This document shows, in pieces, positions 9,756-20,412 of a DNA stretch of 64,000 nucleotides. The stretch comes from an uncultured delta proteobacterium. Its GTDB lineage: Bacteria > Desulfobacterota > Binatia > UBA9968. Position 1 is the stretch's first letter, and each line of letters opens with the position of its first letter. The translations under genes were made by a program, and so were the position numbers. The stretch lies in NCBI GenBank assembly GCA_963760795.1, contig CAVXEP010000020.1:96001-160000 (forward strand), read 5' to 3'. The notes below the pieces were generated by a model that saw only the letters and a program-made list of their open reading frames with translations, was not told the DNA's origin and ran no database searches.

Positions 9756-10601
9756 ATGCCAACGGAAGCCTCGATTCGCTTCGATCATTTTGCTTACCCG
9801 GTCGACGATCTCGTGAAAGCCGAGGATTTTTACACCGGCGTGCTCGAAGTGCCGATCTATGAGAGACGCGGTCTGCGCGTCATTGACGTGCGCGCCGGCA
9901 CTTTGCCGCGGACGTTTTTGAATGTGGCGGGCAGCCGTGTCGGTATTTTTCTTGGCCGCGAGTCACTGCCGGAAGACAAAGAATTGCATGGCGCGCCGGT
10001 TGTTGGCATTGAAGTCACCAGCGACGGTTTCAAGCGGATTCACCGGCGATTGGAAGAGAAACAGACGGTAAAATTCGACGGCCCGCGACTGCGTGAGAGA
10101 CTAGGCCCTAGAGCGAAATCGATTCTGCTCCAAGACCCCTTCGGCAATCATCTCGAACTGATCGAGAAAGATCGTCCCGCCGCGCATAACGGCTCGGCCT
10201 ATTTGGGCTTGAGCCAGTTGGAATTGGAAGTCACCGACTTGGATCGCTCCGAAGCTTTTTATCGCAACGTCTTCGGTTTGAAAGTACTGGGCCGGGAACA
10301 GGATGCCCTGGGCCGCGAGACCTCCTGCTTGCAATTGCAGAGCGGCCAATGGCTCGTGCTGCACAAAGTGAAAACGCTCAACGAACGCAGCAGCGCTAAC
10401 TATCGCTTCGAAGGGCAGCACTACGCTTTTTTTACACCGACGGCGGACACCCTGAAGCAATTTCGCCAAGCGGTGGCGCGGGAAGGCGGTAAAGTCGACG
10501 CCTTGGAACAGACTCAAGTGCGCAGTGCGACGGCGCACGGACTCTACTTTACCGACTACGACGGCAACCCGCTGCAGCTGCAAGTCGAAGGATCGGAATA
10601 G
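9756..10601 (+). CDS. Two-domain VOC family protein
   Basis: FDHFAYPVDDL, DPFGNHLELIE, DYDGNPLQL; RBS GAGGAGG. Confidence 0.85.
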   Translation: MPTEASIRFDHFAYPVDDLVKAEDFYTGVLEVPIYERRGLRVIDVRAGTLPRTFLNVAGSRVGIFLGRESLPEDKELHGAPVVGIEVTSDGFKRIHRRLEEKQTVKFDGPRLRERLGPRAKSILLQDPFGNHLELIEKDRPAAHNGSAYLGLSQLELEVTDLDRSEAFYRNVFGLKVLGREQDALGRETSCLQLQSGQWLVLHKVKTLNERSSANYRFEGQHYAFFTPTADTLKQFRQAVAREGGKVDALEQTQVRSATAHGLYFTDYDGNPLQLQVEGSE

Positions 10602-10638
10602 GCTTGTTCGGCAATTTATTTTTTGGAGATCACCAGCC

Positions 10639-11740
10639 ATGATGCTAATCTCGGCATTGCTCGCGACCGTTCTGGCGCTGGCGCCGCTGCTTTGCGGTAT
10701 CGACTCAGCAGGGGCGGCCGCCGCGCCTGGCGCCAATGAAAAACTCGCCGCGCTGAAGAAAGGCCGCCCAAGCCGAAGGCATGCTCAATTTGGTCTGGGG
10801 CGAGAATACCTTTCGCGGCCTGCAAGGCGTGCGCGATTTGGTGTCGGGAATGAACAAACAGTTCGGCACCAGTATCATCGCCAACTGGACGCCGGGACCA
10901 AGCCAGCCGCAAATGGCGGCGAAGATCGCCCAGGAGTTCGCCGCCGGCGTGCCGGCGACCTCCGACGTTTATATCGGCGGCTCGGAAACCTATATCGCCA
11001 CGCTGTCGACGCCGCTCATGGTGCTCGATCAGTTCGATTGGGCATCGACTTTCCCGCAGATCGATCCGGCCGCCGTGTCGCTCAAAGGCGCCGCCCTGGA
11101 AATCAGCGGCCGTTTTCCCGGCATCGTTTACAACACCAAACTGATCAGCAAGAACGATGTGCCGAAAAGCTTGAGCGATCTGCTTCAGCCTAAGTACAAA
11201 GGCAGAGTTTCGACCCAGCCCTACTTGTCCTATTTCGATATCTTGGCCGGTCCCAAACAATGGGGACCGGAACGAACCGCCGATTACGTCAAAAAACTTT
11301 CCGGCCAGGTTTCCGGCCTGATGCGCTGCGGCGAGTACGAGCGCGTCGTCAGCGGCGAATTTCCCATCCACGTGCTCGCCTGCGGCGAGGGCGGCGTCGC
11401 GCCGTTCATCGAGAAAGGCGCGCCGCTGGCCTATGTGATCCCGAGCGATGCGGCGATGGTCACACACCGCTACTGCGCCGTGCCCAAGAACGGCAAGGCG
11501 AAGGCCGCCGCCAAACTGTTCTGCGCCTTCTTGATGACCAAGTCCGGGCAGGAGTTTCAGTGGACTGTCGACCGGCAGGATAGCGAGAAGTTCCCCGGCA
11601 CCAGGTACAACCGCCAAATGAAACAGCTCCAAGCCGCCGGCGTCAAACCCCTCGACGTCTCGGTCGACTATGTAATGAGCTTCCCGGTTCTGAAATACGC
11701 CAAGGAGCAGGAAAACATCATCAAAGCCGTGGCGAACTGA
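10639..11740 (+). CDS. Extracellular solute-binding protein, Fe/thiamine-like cluster (frameshift near 10770)
   Basis: Signal peptide; GIVYNTKLI..DVPKSLSDLLQPKYKG; AAAKLFCAFL; precedes a permease. Confidence 0.85.
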
Positions 11741-11790
11741 CGGATCAGCGGTCGCAGTCGCGAAACTAATCTTGGTCAGTAATTGCGACC

Positions 11791-13497
11791 GTGAATCGCC
11801 TGCCCAATCCCGCCATTGTTTTTGCCGCCGCCATCGGTCTGATTATCGGACTGATGCTCGCGGTGGTTTTCTACCTGAGTTTCTACGAAGGTTTGCCGGG
11901 CATTCCCGGTGGATTTCTCACCACCGCGCACTACACCGATCTGCTTAAAGACCAACTGGTTTTTCGTGTCACGATCAACACTGTGATCTACACCGCCACC
12001 GCGATGTTTTTTTCCCTGCTCTTCGGCGTGCTGATCGCCTGGCTGGTCGAACGCACCGACATCGGCGGCCGCAATCTCATCTACACCGGCATGACCGTGA
12101 GCTTGCTGATCCCGACTTTTTTTCCCGCCATGGGCTGGTTGTTTCTGCTCCATCCGCGCATCGGCTTTTTAAATGTCGTCATGCGCCAATTCTTCGGCGC
12201 AGATTTTAGGCTAAGCATCGCCACGCCCATCGGCATGGGCTGGGTCGAAGGCATCACCCTGGCGCCGGTGGTGTTCATCATGGTGGCGGCGAATCTGCGC
12301 ATGGCCGATACGACGCTGGAAGAAGCCGCCAAAGTCGCCGGCGCCAGCGCCTGGCAGCTGTTCAAGACCGTGATCCTGCCGCTGTCAACACCAGCCACCA
12401 TGGCCGCGGCGTTTTACGTTGCCGCCATCGCCGTCGCTTCCTTCGACGTGCCCGCGATCATCGGCCTGTCGAACCGCGTCTACACTCTCGGCACTTTTAT
12501 CTATGAAGATCTGGTGCCGCACCAGGGCTTTCCGCTCTATGGCAGACCCGCGGCGGTGAGCACGCTGCTGATCGCCATCGGCGTTTTGTTATCGGTCTGG
12601 TATCTGCGCGCGATCCGCCAAGCCAACCGATTTCAACTGGTATCGGGGAAAAGCTACCGGCCGCTGCGCTATCAATTGACTGGTTGGCGCTACGCCGCCA
12701 ACCTATTCGTGCTGGGATATTTTCTCGTGGAGCTACTTATTCCGCTCGCTCTGCTCATCTGGGTAGCTTTTCAACCCTATGTCCAGCCGCCGTCGTTGGA
12801 AGCCTTGGCGCAGTTGGAACTCGGCAACTTCGTCCGCGCGCCCTGGGACTTATTTTTTCGCGCGCTTAAGAACAGCGCCCTCCTCGCCCTCGCCGTGCCG
12901 ATCTTGTCGATCGTCGTTTGCTTCATCTATTCCTGGGTGGTGCTGCGCTCGAAAACCCGGCTGCGCTACTTTCTCGACGCCCTGGCGTTTCTCCCCCACG
13001 CGGTGCCTTCCATCGTTTTCGCCGTCAGCGGCCTGTTGCTTTCGCTCTTTGTCTTTCGCAATTTCTTGCCGCTCTACGGCACGTTGACGCTGCTGGTCGC
13101 GGTCCATGTCATCCACCGCCTGAGTTTCGGCACCCGGGTGACCAACGCGGCGATCATCGCCGTCAGCGAAGAGCTGGAAGAAGCCGCCGCAGCCTGCGGC
13201 GCCGGCCGGCGCGATGTCATCTCGCGGATTCTTTTGCCGCTGATCGCGCCGACGCTGATCAATGCGTTTTTCTGGATTGCGCTTTTAACGCTGCGAGAAC
13301 TTACGCTGGCGACCATACTGTTCAGCCCGAACAACATCACCCTGTCGGTGGTCATCTGGAGCTTGTGGAGCTCCGGCCAGCATGGACCGTCGGCCGCCAT
13401 GAGCCTAGTTATGATTCTACTGATGCTACCGGTAATGATCCTCTACTGGCGCGTCGGCAATCGCGTCGGCGGCTCACTGAGCGGAACCAAAGATTGA
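11791..13497 (+). CDS. ABC permease, FbpB/ThiP type (two modules)
   Basis: Two EAA loops (LEEAAKVAGAS, LEEAAAACGAG); AWLVERTD. Confidence 0.9.
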   Translation: MNRLPNPAIVFAAAIGLIIGLMLAVVFYLSFYEGLPGIPGGFLTTAHYTDLLKDQLVFRVTINTVIYTATAMFFSLLFGVLIAWLVERTDIGGRNLIYTGMTVSLLIPTFFPAMGWLFLLHPRIGFLNVVMRQFFGADFRLSIATPIGMGWVEGITLAPVVFIMVAANLRMADTTLEEAAKVAGASAWQLFKTVILPLSTPATMAAAFYVAAIAVASFDVPAIIGLSNRVYTLGTFIYEDLVPHQGFPLYGRPAAVSTLLIAIGVLLSVWYLRAIRQANRFQLVSGKSYRPLRYQLTGWRYAANLFVLGYFLVELLIPLALLIWVAFQPYVQPPSLEALAQLELGNFVRAPWDLFFRALKNSALLALAVPILSIVVCFIYSWVVLRSKTRLRYFLDALAFLPHAVPSIVFAVSGLLLSLFVFRNFLPLYGTLTLLVAVHVIHRLSFGTRVTNAAIIAVSEELEEAAAACGAGRRDVISRILLPLIAPTLINAFFWIALLTLRELTLATILFSPNNITLSVVIWSLWSSGQHGPSAAMSLVMILLMLPVMILYWRVGNRVGGSLSGTKD

Positions 13498-13508
13498 ACC
13501 GACCTAGG

Positions 13509-14462
13509 CTAGAAATTCTGATAGAGCCTTTCCACCGCCGGCTTGTTCTTGATCAGTTTCAGATCGAACAGTTGATTGACCAACGCTGTCCAGCGCTCGG
13601 CGCTCATTCTACCCAGCTCTTTATTTGGCGTATTGGCGGCGAGGATAAAGGGCTTCTGGACTTCGGCGGATTCTTTCATGGTCTCGCTGTCCATCGCCGG
13701 ATTTAACTTGACCATCCACGCATTGGCAGTTTCGGGCGCGCGCAGGTATTCGCTCCAGCCATCGCGAATCGCGCTGATCAAGTCGCGCACCTGCTTGGGG
13801 TTCTTATCGATATATTGGCGCCGCGCAATCACCACGGTGCCGTAAGGATTGAAACCGGCATCGGCGATGAGAAAGCTCGCCGCCGGCTTGTTCTTTTTCC
13901 TAGCGAGCAAAGGCTCCGCCGTAACAAAGCACTGCTGCGAGTAGTCGGCATCGGTAAGAAATTGCCCGATGCCGCCGGCGTAGGGAACAAGTTTAACTTT
14001 GGCGTTAGGAAATTTGCTTTGAAGAAAAAGCGTGTAGGGCGCGCCGCTCTGAATCGCCAGCTTGCCCGGCGCGGCGAAGACATCGCCAAGCGCTTTGAAT
14101 CCGCGTTCGGGGTGAACCATGATTCCTTGCGGATTGATTTGATAGACGGCAAATAGCGCGACCACGTCGGTGCCGCGCGCTTGCGAGAGCACCACTTCAT
14201 CCGCCGCCGCGATGCCAAACGGTGCTTTTGAATTAGCGACCATCTGCACCACCGGCGTGCCGGCGCCGCCTTCGGTAATCTCGACATTGAGACCGCCGCG
14301 CTTTTCGAAACTGCCGGCGAGCTTGGCGGCGTAAAAACCGCCAAACTCTGGCTCCGCCTTCCAATTAAGCGCGAGCGTTAGCGCCGGATGCTTCGCGCCC
14401 TCGGCCGCCTGAGCCGCAATGGGCAATAAAATCACGGATAGTAATAGGAGGAGAAAATTCAT
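13509..14462 (-). CDS. NMT1/THI5-like ABC substrate-binding protein
   Basis: LALNWKAEPEFGGFYAA, GLNVEITEGG, GFNPYG. Confidence 0.9.
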   Translation of the reverse strand: MNFLLLLLSVILLPIAAQAAEGAKHPALTLALNWKAEPEFGGFYAAKLAGSFEKRGGLNVEITEGGAGTPVVQMVANSKAPFGIAAADEVVLSQARGTDVVALFAVYQINPQGIMVHPERGFKALGDVFAAPGKLAIQSGAPYTLFLQSKFPNAKVKLVPYAGGIGQFLTDADYSQQCFVTAEPLLARKKNKPAASFLIADAGFNPYGTVVIARRQYIDKNPKQVRDLISAIRDGWSEYLRAPETANAWMVKLNPAMDSETMKESAEVQKPFILAANTPNKELGRMSAERWTALVNQLFDLKLIKNKPAVERLYQNF

Positions 14463-15232
14463 GATGACTGCCTTTCTGAGCTATGCCACGATCCCAGGGA
14501 TAGTCCCGAGACAAAATTAACCGCACCGACTAAAACGATACCCAGCAGAGAAGAGATTAGCACCGCCGCGAACACTCGATCAATTCGTTGTTGGGTGCGC
14601 GCAGCATCGACGACGCTGCCGAGTCCGCCGCCGCCGATGAATTCCCCGACGATGGCGCCGACCACCGCCAGGCCCGATGCAATCCTCAAGCCGGAGAAAA
14701 TTTGCGGCAGGGCGAAGGGGATTTTCAACATCCAGAGCAGTTGCCGCTTCGATGCCGTATACAATTTGAAGAGATCGAGCAACGCCGGCTCGGTCGATTT
14801 CAAGCCTAACAGAGTGCTGGCGATGATCGGAAACACCGAGACAATCGCCGCCGAGGCGATCACGGTGGGCTGGCCGAAGCCGAACCAGATCACCAAGAGC
14901 GGCGCAATGGAAATAATCGGTACGGTTTGAAAAAATACCGCGTAGGGATAAAACGCCCGGCGTGCCAAGTCGGAGGATGACAACGCGATGGCGAACATTG
15001 TCCCTGTGACAAAGCTCAGCAGTAGCCCGGCCAATGCGGAACTCAGCGTCGCCCAAGCCGCCAGCGCCAGTTCGGACCGATCGTCGAGCAGCGATTGCAA
15101 CACTTCGCTGGGCGCCGGTATTAAATACGACGGAACCCAGGCCATGCGGACGACAATCTCCGCAGCGCCGAGGGAAAGAACCAGCGGCAGCAAAGGCGGC
15201 AACCATGAAGCAAAGCGCGCTCTCATTGTCAT
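14459..15232 (-). CDS. ABC permease, SsuC/TauC type
   Basis: QTVPIISIAPLL, GLRIASGLAVVGAIVGEF. Confidence 0.9.
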   Translation of the reverse strand: MTMRARFASWLPPLLPLVLSLGAAEIVVRMAWVPSYLIPAPSEVLQSLLDDRSELALAAWATLSSALAGLLLSFVTGTMFAIALSSSDLARRAFYPYAVFFQTVPIISIAPLLVIWFGFGQPTVIASAAIVSVFPIIASTLLGLKSTEPALLDLFKLYTASKRQLLWMLKIPFALPQIFSGLRIASGLAVVGAIVGEFIGGGGLGSVVDAARTQQRIDRVFAAVLISSLLGIVLVGAVNFVSGLSLGSWHSSERQSS

Positions 15233-16014
15233 GATGGCTCTACGCCCACCGGCACCGCGGTACCGACACGCCGGACTTCAGTGATGTATTCCAGCGATGT
15301 GCGCAGCTCGATGTTGCGGTTCTCAGGGAGCGCGATGCTTTGATCGCGGAGCAGCCGCGCCGGGCGCTGGGACAGAACGATGATCCGGTCGGCGAGAAAA
15401 ACCGCCTCGGTAACCGAATGAGTGACAAATAATACGGTCATTTTGAGCGCGCGCCAAATCTCGCGCAGCTGCATTTGCAGCGCGTGACGCGTCGGCTCAT
15501 CGAGCGCGGCAAATGGCTCATCGAGCAGCAGTAAGTTCGGCCGGGTCGTCAAGGCGCGCGCCACCGAAGTGCGCATCTTCATGCCGCCGGAAAGTTCGTG
15601 TGGATAGCGCGCGGCAAACTCGGTCAAGCGTACCCGGCCCAGCTCTTCGGTCGCACGGCCGTCGGCATCCGCCCTGGACCAACCAGCCAATTCCAGCGGC
15701 AATGTAGTGTTGCGCAACACGGTGCGCCATGGCATCAGCGTGGCTTCTTGAAAAACAAAACCGCGCGACAACACGCCACTGGTTACTTCAATCACAAGGC
15801 TGCCGCTATTCGGTTGATCGAGCCCAGCGGTGAGGCGAAGCAGAGAAGATTTCCCTGAGCCGGAAGGCCCGAGCAAAGCGACGAATTCACCGGGCTCGAC
15901 TTGAAAGGAAATTTGGTCGAGCACCAAACCGGTGCCGGCGAACGAGCGCGAAACCGCCTCGCAACGGATTGCCGCGCCGAACCGCTCTTGACCTAGTTGC
16001 AAATCGGCGATCAT
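15229..16014 (-). CDS. ABC ATP-binding protein
   Basis: GPSGSGKS, LSGGM, LLLLDEPF. Confidence 0.95.
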   Translation of the reverse strand: MIADLQLGQERFGAAIRCEAVSRSFAGTGLVLDQISFQVEPGEFVALLGPSGSGKSSLLRLTAGLDQPNSGSLVIEVTSGVLSRGFVFQEATLMPWRTVLRNTTLPLELAGWSRADADGRATEELGRVRLTEFAARYPHELSGGMKMRTSVARALTTRPNLLLLDEPFAALDEPTRHALQMQLREIWRALKMTVLFVTHSVTEAVFLADRIIVLSQRPARLLRDQSIALPENRNIELRTSLEYITEVRRVGTAVPVGVEPS

Positions 16015-16026
16015 CGACGATGTCGG

Positions 16027-17061
16027 TCAAATCCGCAACGAATAAAAATCAACACAGTTGTCGCGCAGGATAAGTTTTTTGACCTTATCCGAAAGGTCTT
16101 CCCGCGCCTGGAAGTGGGGAATATCGGCGAGAAACTGTTCGAGGGTCGGCCGCTCGTGCGGAAAGTCCGATGGATACATGATCTTTTTCTCAAGGCCCAA
16201 ACCGATAACGTAGGAAAGAATGCGTTCTTCCAATTCGCAAGAAAAGTAGATTGAGCCGTCCTTGACGTACTCGCTCGGGGCTTTGGTCAGTAGCGGTGCC
16301 TGGTGCGGCAACTTCTCATATTTTTCGTCGAGCCGTTCCATCAAATAAGGCACCCAGCCAACGCCGGCTTCGAGGAAAGCGATCTTAAGATCGGGAAAAC
16401 GCACCGGCCCGCCGTCGAGAAGAAAACTGGTAAAATGAATCTGCTGCGCCACAGCGTGTTCCAGGACCAAGATTTTCACGAACGAGTCTAAAATATCGAG
16501 GCCGAGCCCCGCGCTCGACCCGCCATGAACAGCTAACGGCACGTTCAATCGCACGGCGGTGCGATAGAGCGGATCGTACATCGGATGGCCGAGGCCTTTC
16601 GACAAACCGACGGCGGGAATCACCCCGCCGACCATTTGCAAATCCTTGACGCAGCGTTCAAGTTCGTCGGCTGCCGCTGCGACATCTTGTATCGGCAGCA
16701 AAGCCACGCCCCAGAGCCGCTCTGGCTCCTGGGCGAGATATTCGCCGTAAAGATAGTCGTTGTAACAGCGCGCCATCACCGTCGCCCATTGGACGTCTTT
16801 GATATGCGCCATGGCGAGACCCATGGTCGGATAGAGTACCGAACCCGCCACGCCGGAGGCATTGAGAAACATCCGCCATCTTTCTAAACAAGGCGTTGGG
16901 TCCGGCGCCTTGCGCGTGCTGCGCGGCCAGCCGTCGAGGGATGGAAACAGCGCGGTCAGCGCGCGCCGCCCCTCGAAGGGCGGCGGCAAATAGCGGCGCA
17001 GCTCGTCGTCGGTCTCCATCACATGGCCGTCGGCATCGATCGGTGCATAACTCGCGTTCAT
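16027..17061 (-). CDS. Amidohydrolase_2 family protein (LigW/ACMSD-like)
   Basis: IDADGHVME, LAVHG, FLEAGVGW, YPSDFPH. Confidence 0.9.
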   Translation of the reverse strand: MNASYAPIDADGHVMETDDELRRYLPPPFEGRRALTALFPSLDGWPRSTRKAPDPTPCLERWRMFLNASGVAGSVLYPTMGLAMAHIKDVQWATVMARCYNDYLYGEYLAQEPERLWGVALLPIQDVAAAADELERCVKDLQMVGGVIPAVGLSKGLGHPMYDPLYRTAVRLNVPLAVHGGSSAGLGLDILDSFVKILVLEHAVAQQIHFTSFLLDGGPVRFPDLKIAFLEAGVGWVPYLMERLDEKYEKLPHQAPLLTKAPSEYVKDGSIYFSCELEERILSYVIGLGLEKKIMYPSDFPHERPTLEQFLADIPHFQAREDLSDKVKKLILRDNCVDFYSLRI

Positions 17062-17073
17062 CCAAACTCCCTT

Positions 17074-18060
17074 TCACTTACCCCACAGCGATTTGTAGAA
17101 CCCTTCGCTGATAAGCTCCTGCACTAAGCTGTTGTCGTAGAATCGCTCGGCGGTGACATCCTTCGCCTGGGGAATCTTCGCCGCCTCTTGATCGAGCACC
17201 ACCTGCACGCCCTCGCGCTTTACCAGGGGAATCTTCTCGGTAAAGTCATAGGCGTATTTCATGCTGCCTTCGAGCATGCCGGCGTCATCGATCTTGGCAT
17301 ATTTGGTCAGGAGCTTTTTCGCCTCGTCCTTTTGTTGAAACATGAAGTGGGTGGCGCGGCCGAAGGCGCGCAGAAAAGCTTTGGCTTCGCCGCGTTGCTC
17401 GCGCAGATAGCGGCGCGTCGTCGTCAGTCCGGCGATGACAAAGTAAATTCGTTCGTCAGCGAGGTTGGCGATGATCCGGTTTCCCCGTTGTTCGGCGATA
17501 TGGAAACTCGGCGCCGACAACGGCGCCGCGCTGATCGAGCCATTGTTTAATGCCGCGGCCAATTCCGGCATGCCGCCGATCTGGACGATATTAACGTCAC
17601 GGCTGGGATTCAATTTATTTCTTTGCAGATATTCGCGCACGGCGAAATCCGAGGACGAGCCCAATCGCGTAACGCCAATTTTCTTGCCGCGCAACTCCTG
17701 AACGTTGGCGATCTCCGGCCGGGTCATGATGTAAAACCCGGCCACATTCATCACCGCGCCCATGAGGACCAGATCGCCGCCCTGAAGCGTGCTGGTCACC
17801 ACACTGCCGCTGTTGACCGACGAGATCGCCACCTGGCGGGCAAACATCGCCTGCGCCATGGTCGTCGAGCTGGCGATGTAGACGAGCTGAGCGTCGAGCC
17901 CTTCTTTCTTGTAAAACCCCGCTTCTTTGCCGATCCAGAACGGCAAGAACACCGAACTCACCGCCGAGTAGCCGACCACCAGCGGCTCGGCAGACGCATT
18001 TGCCATCGGCATGTGCCAACAAAACATCAAACAGAATAAATATCGTAATGCAGGCTTCAT
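17074..18060 (-). CDS. ABC substrate-binding protein, SsuA/NMT1-like
   Basis: Signal peptide; VVGYSAVS..PFWIGKEAGFYKKEGLD; GKKIGVTRLGSSS. Confidence 0.9.
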   Translation of the reverse strand: MKPALRYLFCLMFCWHMPMANASAEPLVVGYSAVSSVFLPFWIGKEAGFYKKEGLDAQLVYIASSTTMAQAMFARQVAISSVNSGSVVTSTLQGGDLVLMGAVMNVAGFYIMTRPEIANVQELRGKKIGVTRLGSSSDFAVREYLQRNKLNPSRDVNIVQIGGMPELAAALNNGSISAAPLSAPSFHIAEQRGNRIIANLADERIYFVIAGLTTTRRYLREQRGEAKAFLRAFGRATHFMFQQKDEAKKLLTKYAKIDDAGMLEGSMKYAYDFTEKIPLVKREGVQVVLDQEAAKIPQAKDVTAERFYDNSLVQELISEGFYKSLWGK

Positions 18061-18239
18061 AATCGTCGGGCCTTTCCCCCTTGGGCGCAAGCTAATCGGA
18101 ATTCCCCGATTTGGCAATTACCTTTCTGCGCCCACTCCCCACTTTTCATTGACACCAATCCAATTGGGCGATATGTCAAGCAACGTTCGTATTCGAGCGT
18201 AGCGTGCCGGCGGGGAGAATTCGCAGGAGGAGATATCTC

Positions 18240-19647
18240 ATGGGTGTAAAGAAGCTTTTCCAATTAACTCGGTTTAGTTGCGTAATCGTTTTGGCATTGA
18301 GCTCGGCGGCACAGGTGGTCGCGCAGACGCCAATCCTCGGCGGCGCCAAGGAACGCCAGCCAAGCTACGGCGAGCTGGAGAACTTCACGATCCTGTCTTA
18401 CACCGATCTCGACGGCTGGGACCAGGCCGCCGAATTTCGCGTCAGCAAAGACGGCAAACACGCTTATGTTTCCAATTATCAAGGTTTCAGCATCGTCGAC
18501 GTCAGCGATCCGACAAAACCGAAGGTCATCTCCAAGGTCAAAAACAAGCGCCGGCGTGCAGAGCCAGTACATCGACGTTCTCGGTAATACTTTGGTCATC
18601 AATCAAGACGGCTTGCGCGATCCAAAGTTCCCTACTTGGGACGGCGGCATCCGACTTTACGACATCACCGATCCGGCCAAGCCGCGCGAAGTGGGATTTT
18701 TCAAAACCGACGTCGCGCCGCGCCGCGGCGTCCATGGTTTCTGGCTGCATGAAGACCCCAAACAGGGAAAATTCGCTTTCATCGCGACTACCATGGAAGG
18801 CTACTACGACCAGATCCTCTTGATCGTCGATATTAACGACCCGGCCAGTCCCAAGGAAGTGGCGCGCTGGTGGTTTCCCGGCCAATGGACCGCGGGCGGC
18901 GAAAAGCCCGGCGACAACTGGGTCGAGCCCGACCGCGGCCTGCGCGAAGGGCTGCCGAAAATCTGGGTCGCGCTGCACGACGTAACAACCTACAAGGATC
19001 GCGCCTACCTAGCGTACCGCGATGAGGGAGTGATCATTCTTGACATCAGCGATGTGCGCAAACCGACTAAGATCAGCCAGATCAAGTGGTCGCCGCCCGA
19101 GGAAGGCAATACCCACAGTATCGGCATCGTCATTCCGTCCCACGGCGGCAGACCCGATGTGATTATCGCCGGCGATGAAATCACTCAACCACAGCAATGC
19201 CCGTTCGGATACATGCATGTTCTCGACGTCCGCAACGAGAAAAATCCGGTGCAGATTTCCACCTTCCGGCTGCCTCTCAACCGCTTTTGTCCGCCCGACC
19301 GGCCCGGCCGGCGCTTCGGCATCCACGATATCGAGCGGATGATCAAGGGCAATATTGTTTTTAGCGCCTGGGAAAATTCCGGCTTTTGGGCAGTCGACAT
19401 TTCCGACCCGCATCAACCGAAAGCCGTCGGCCACTTCGTGCCGCCCGTGTTTCGCCGGGTGAATTCCGACGCAGGCCATGCCGATGATGTGTTTGTCCAC
19501 GATAATGGCTTGGTTTTCTTCAGCTCCTCCGATCCCGGCGGCGGCTTTTGGATCACGCGCTACACACCAGGCGTGAAAGGCACGGTCTCCTGGACCGAGG
19601 ACAACAAAAATGTGATCGTCAAGTATGACAAGCGGCCGGAGAATTGA
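18240..19647 (+). CDS. Secreted LVIVD-repeat (beta-propeller) protein (frameshift near 18545)
   Basis: Signal peptide; repeats FSIVDVSDP, LYDITDP, LIVDINDP, IILDISD, VLDVRN, AVDISDP. Confidence 0.85.
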
Positions 19648-20053
19648 CCTCAAGATCTTCTTCCTACTCGGATTGATCGGTGCTTTCCTACCGTGGCCGG
19701 CCTTTGCCGGCCACGGAGTCGAGGACACCGTCGACAATCTTACTGCTGACCGGGTGAAGCAGCTGCTCGATGCCGGTGAAAAGCTGACATTCATCGACAT
19801 GCGCCCGGCCAAGGAGTATCAGCAGACTCGCTTGCCGGGCGCCAAGTCACTGCCCATCGCCGAAGTCGCTAATCGATTCAGCGAGATTCCCAAAACCGGC
19901 CGGGTGGTTCTTTACTGCGACTGCAAGCCTTACGACGTCGCCGACCGCGCCGTCTTCTTGGAGTATCGCGGATTTCGTAACATATTCATCATGCCTGAAG
20001 GCTACGCCGGCTGGGTTAAACGGGGCTATCCACTAGAGAAGACACCGCGCTAA
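19625..20053 (+). CDS. Secreted rhodanese-like domain protein
   Basis: FIDMR..EY..RLPGA, VVLYCDC, EGYAGW..GYP; signal peptide. Confidence 0.85.
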   Translation: MTSGRRIDLKIFFLLGLIGAFLPWPAFAGHGVEDTVDNLTADRVKQLLDAGEKLTFIDMRPAKEYQQTRLPGAKSLPIAEVANRFSEIPKTGRVVLYCDCKPYDVADRAVFLEYRGFRNIFIMPEGYAGWVKRGYPLEKTPR

Positions 20054-20412
20054 TGATCAGGCCGGGGCTCGCCGTACTGCTGATATCGCTGTTGTTGCCA
20101 TCATCGCTATGGGCTCACGCCTATCTGGTCAAGTCGGCGCCTGCCCAGCGTGCCACGCTCTATCGCGCGCCAGCGAAAATCCAACTATGGTTCAACGAGC
20201 GCTTGGAACCGCGCTACTCGTCGTTCACCGTCAGCTCAGCCGACGGCAATTCGATTGAGACCATCAAAAGCGCCGTCGACGACCATGACGCCAAGCAAAT
20301 CTTCGCCGTGCTGAACCCGCTGCCGCCCGGCCGTTACCTGGTCAAATTCAGGGTCCTATCGGTCGACGGCCACGTCGTCGAAGATCAGTTTCCCTTCACC
20401 ATAAAGCGATGA
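20053..20412 (+). CDS. copC: Copper resistance protein CopC
   Basis: WA-HAYLVKSAP N-terminal His; LWFNE; VLSVDGH. Confidence 0.92.
   Translation: MIRPGLAVLLISLLLPSSLWAHAYLVKSAPAQRATLYRAPAKIQLWFNERLEPRYSSFTVSSADGNSIETIKSAVDDHDAKQIFAVLNPLPPGRYLVKFRVLSVDGHVVEDQFPFTIKR

Noticed and set aside
18149-18179. TTGACA-N19-TGTCAA as a copper-regulator operator
   Set aside because: Equally explained by two overlapping divergent -35 boxes; no clear CueR/CsoR/CopY consensus and no regulator nearby.
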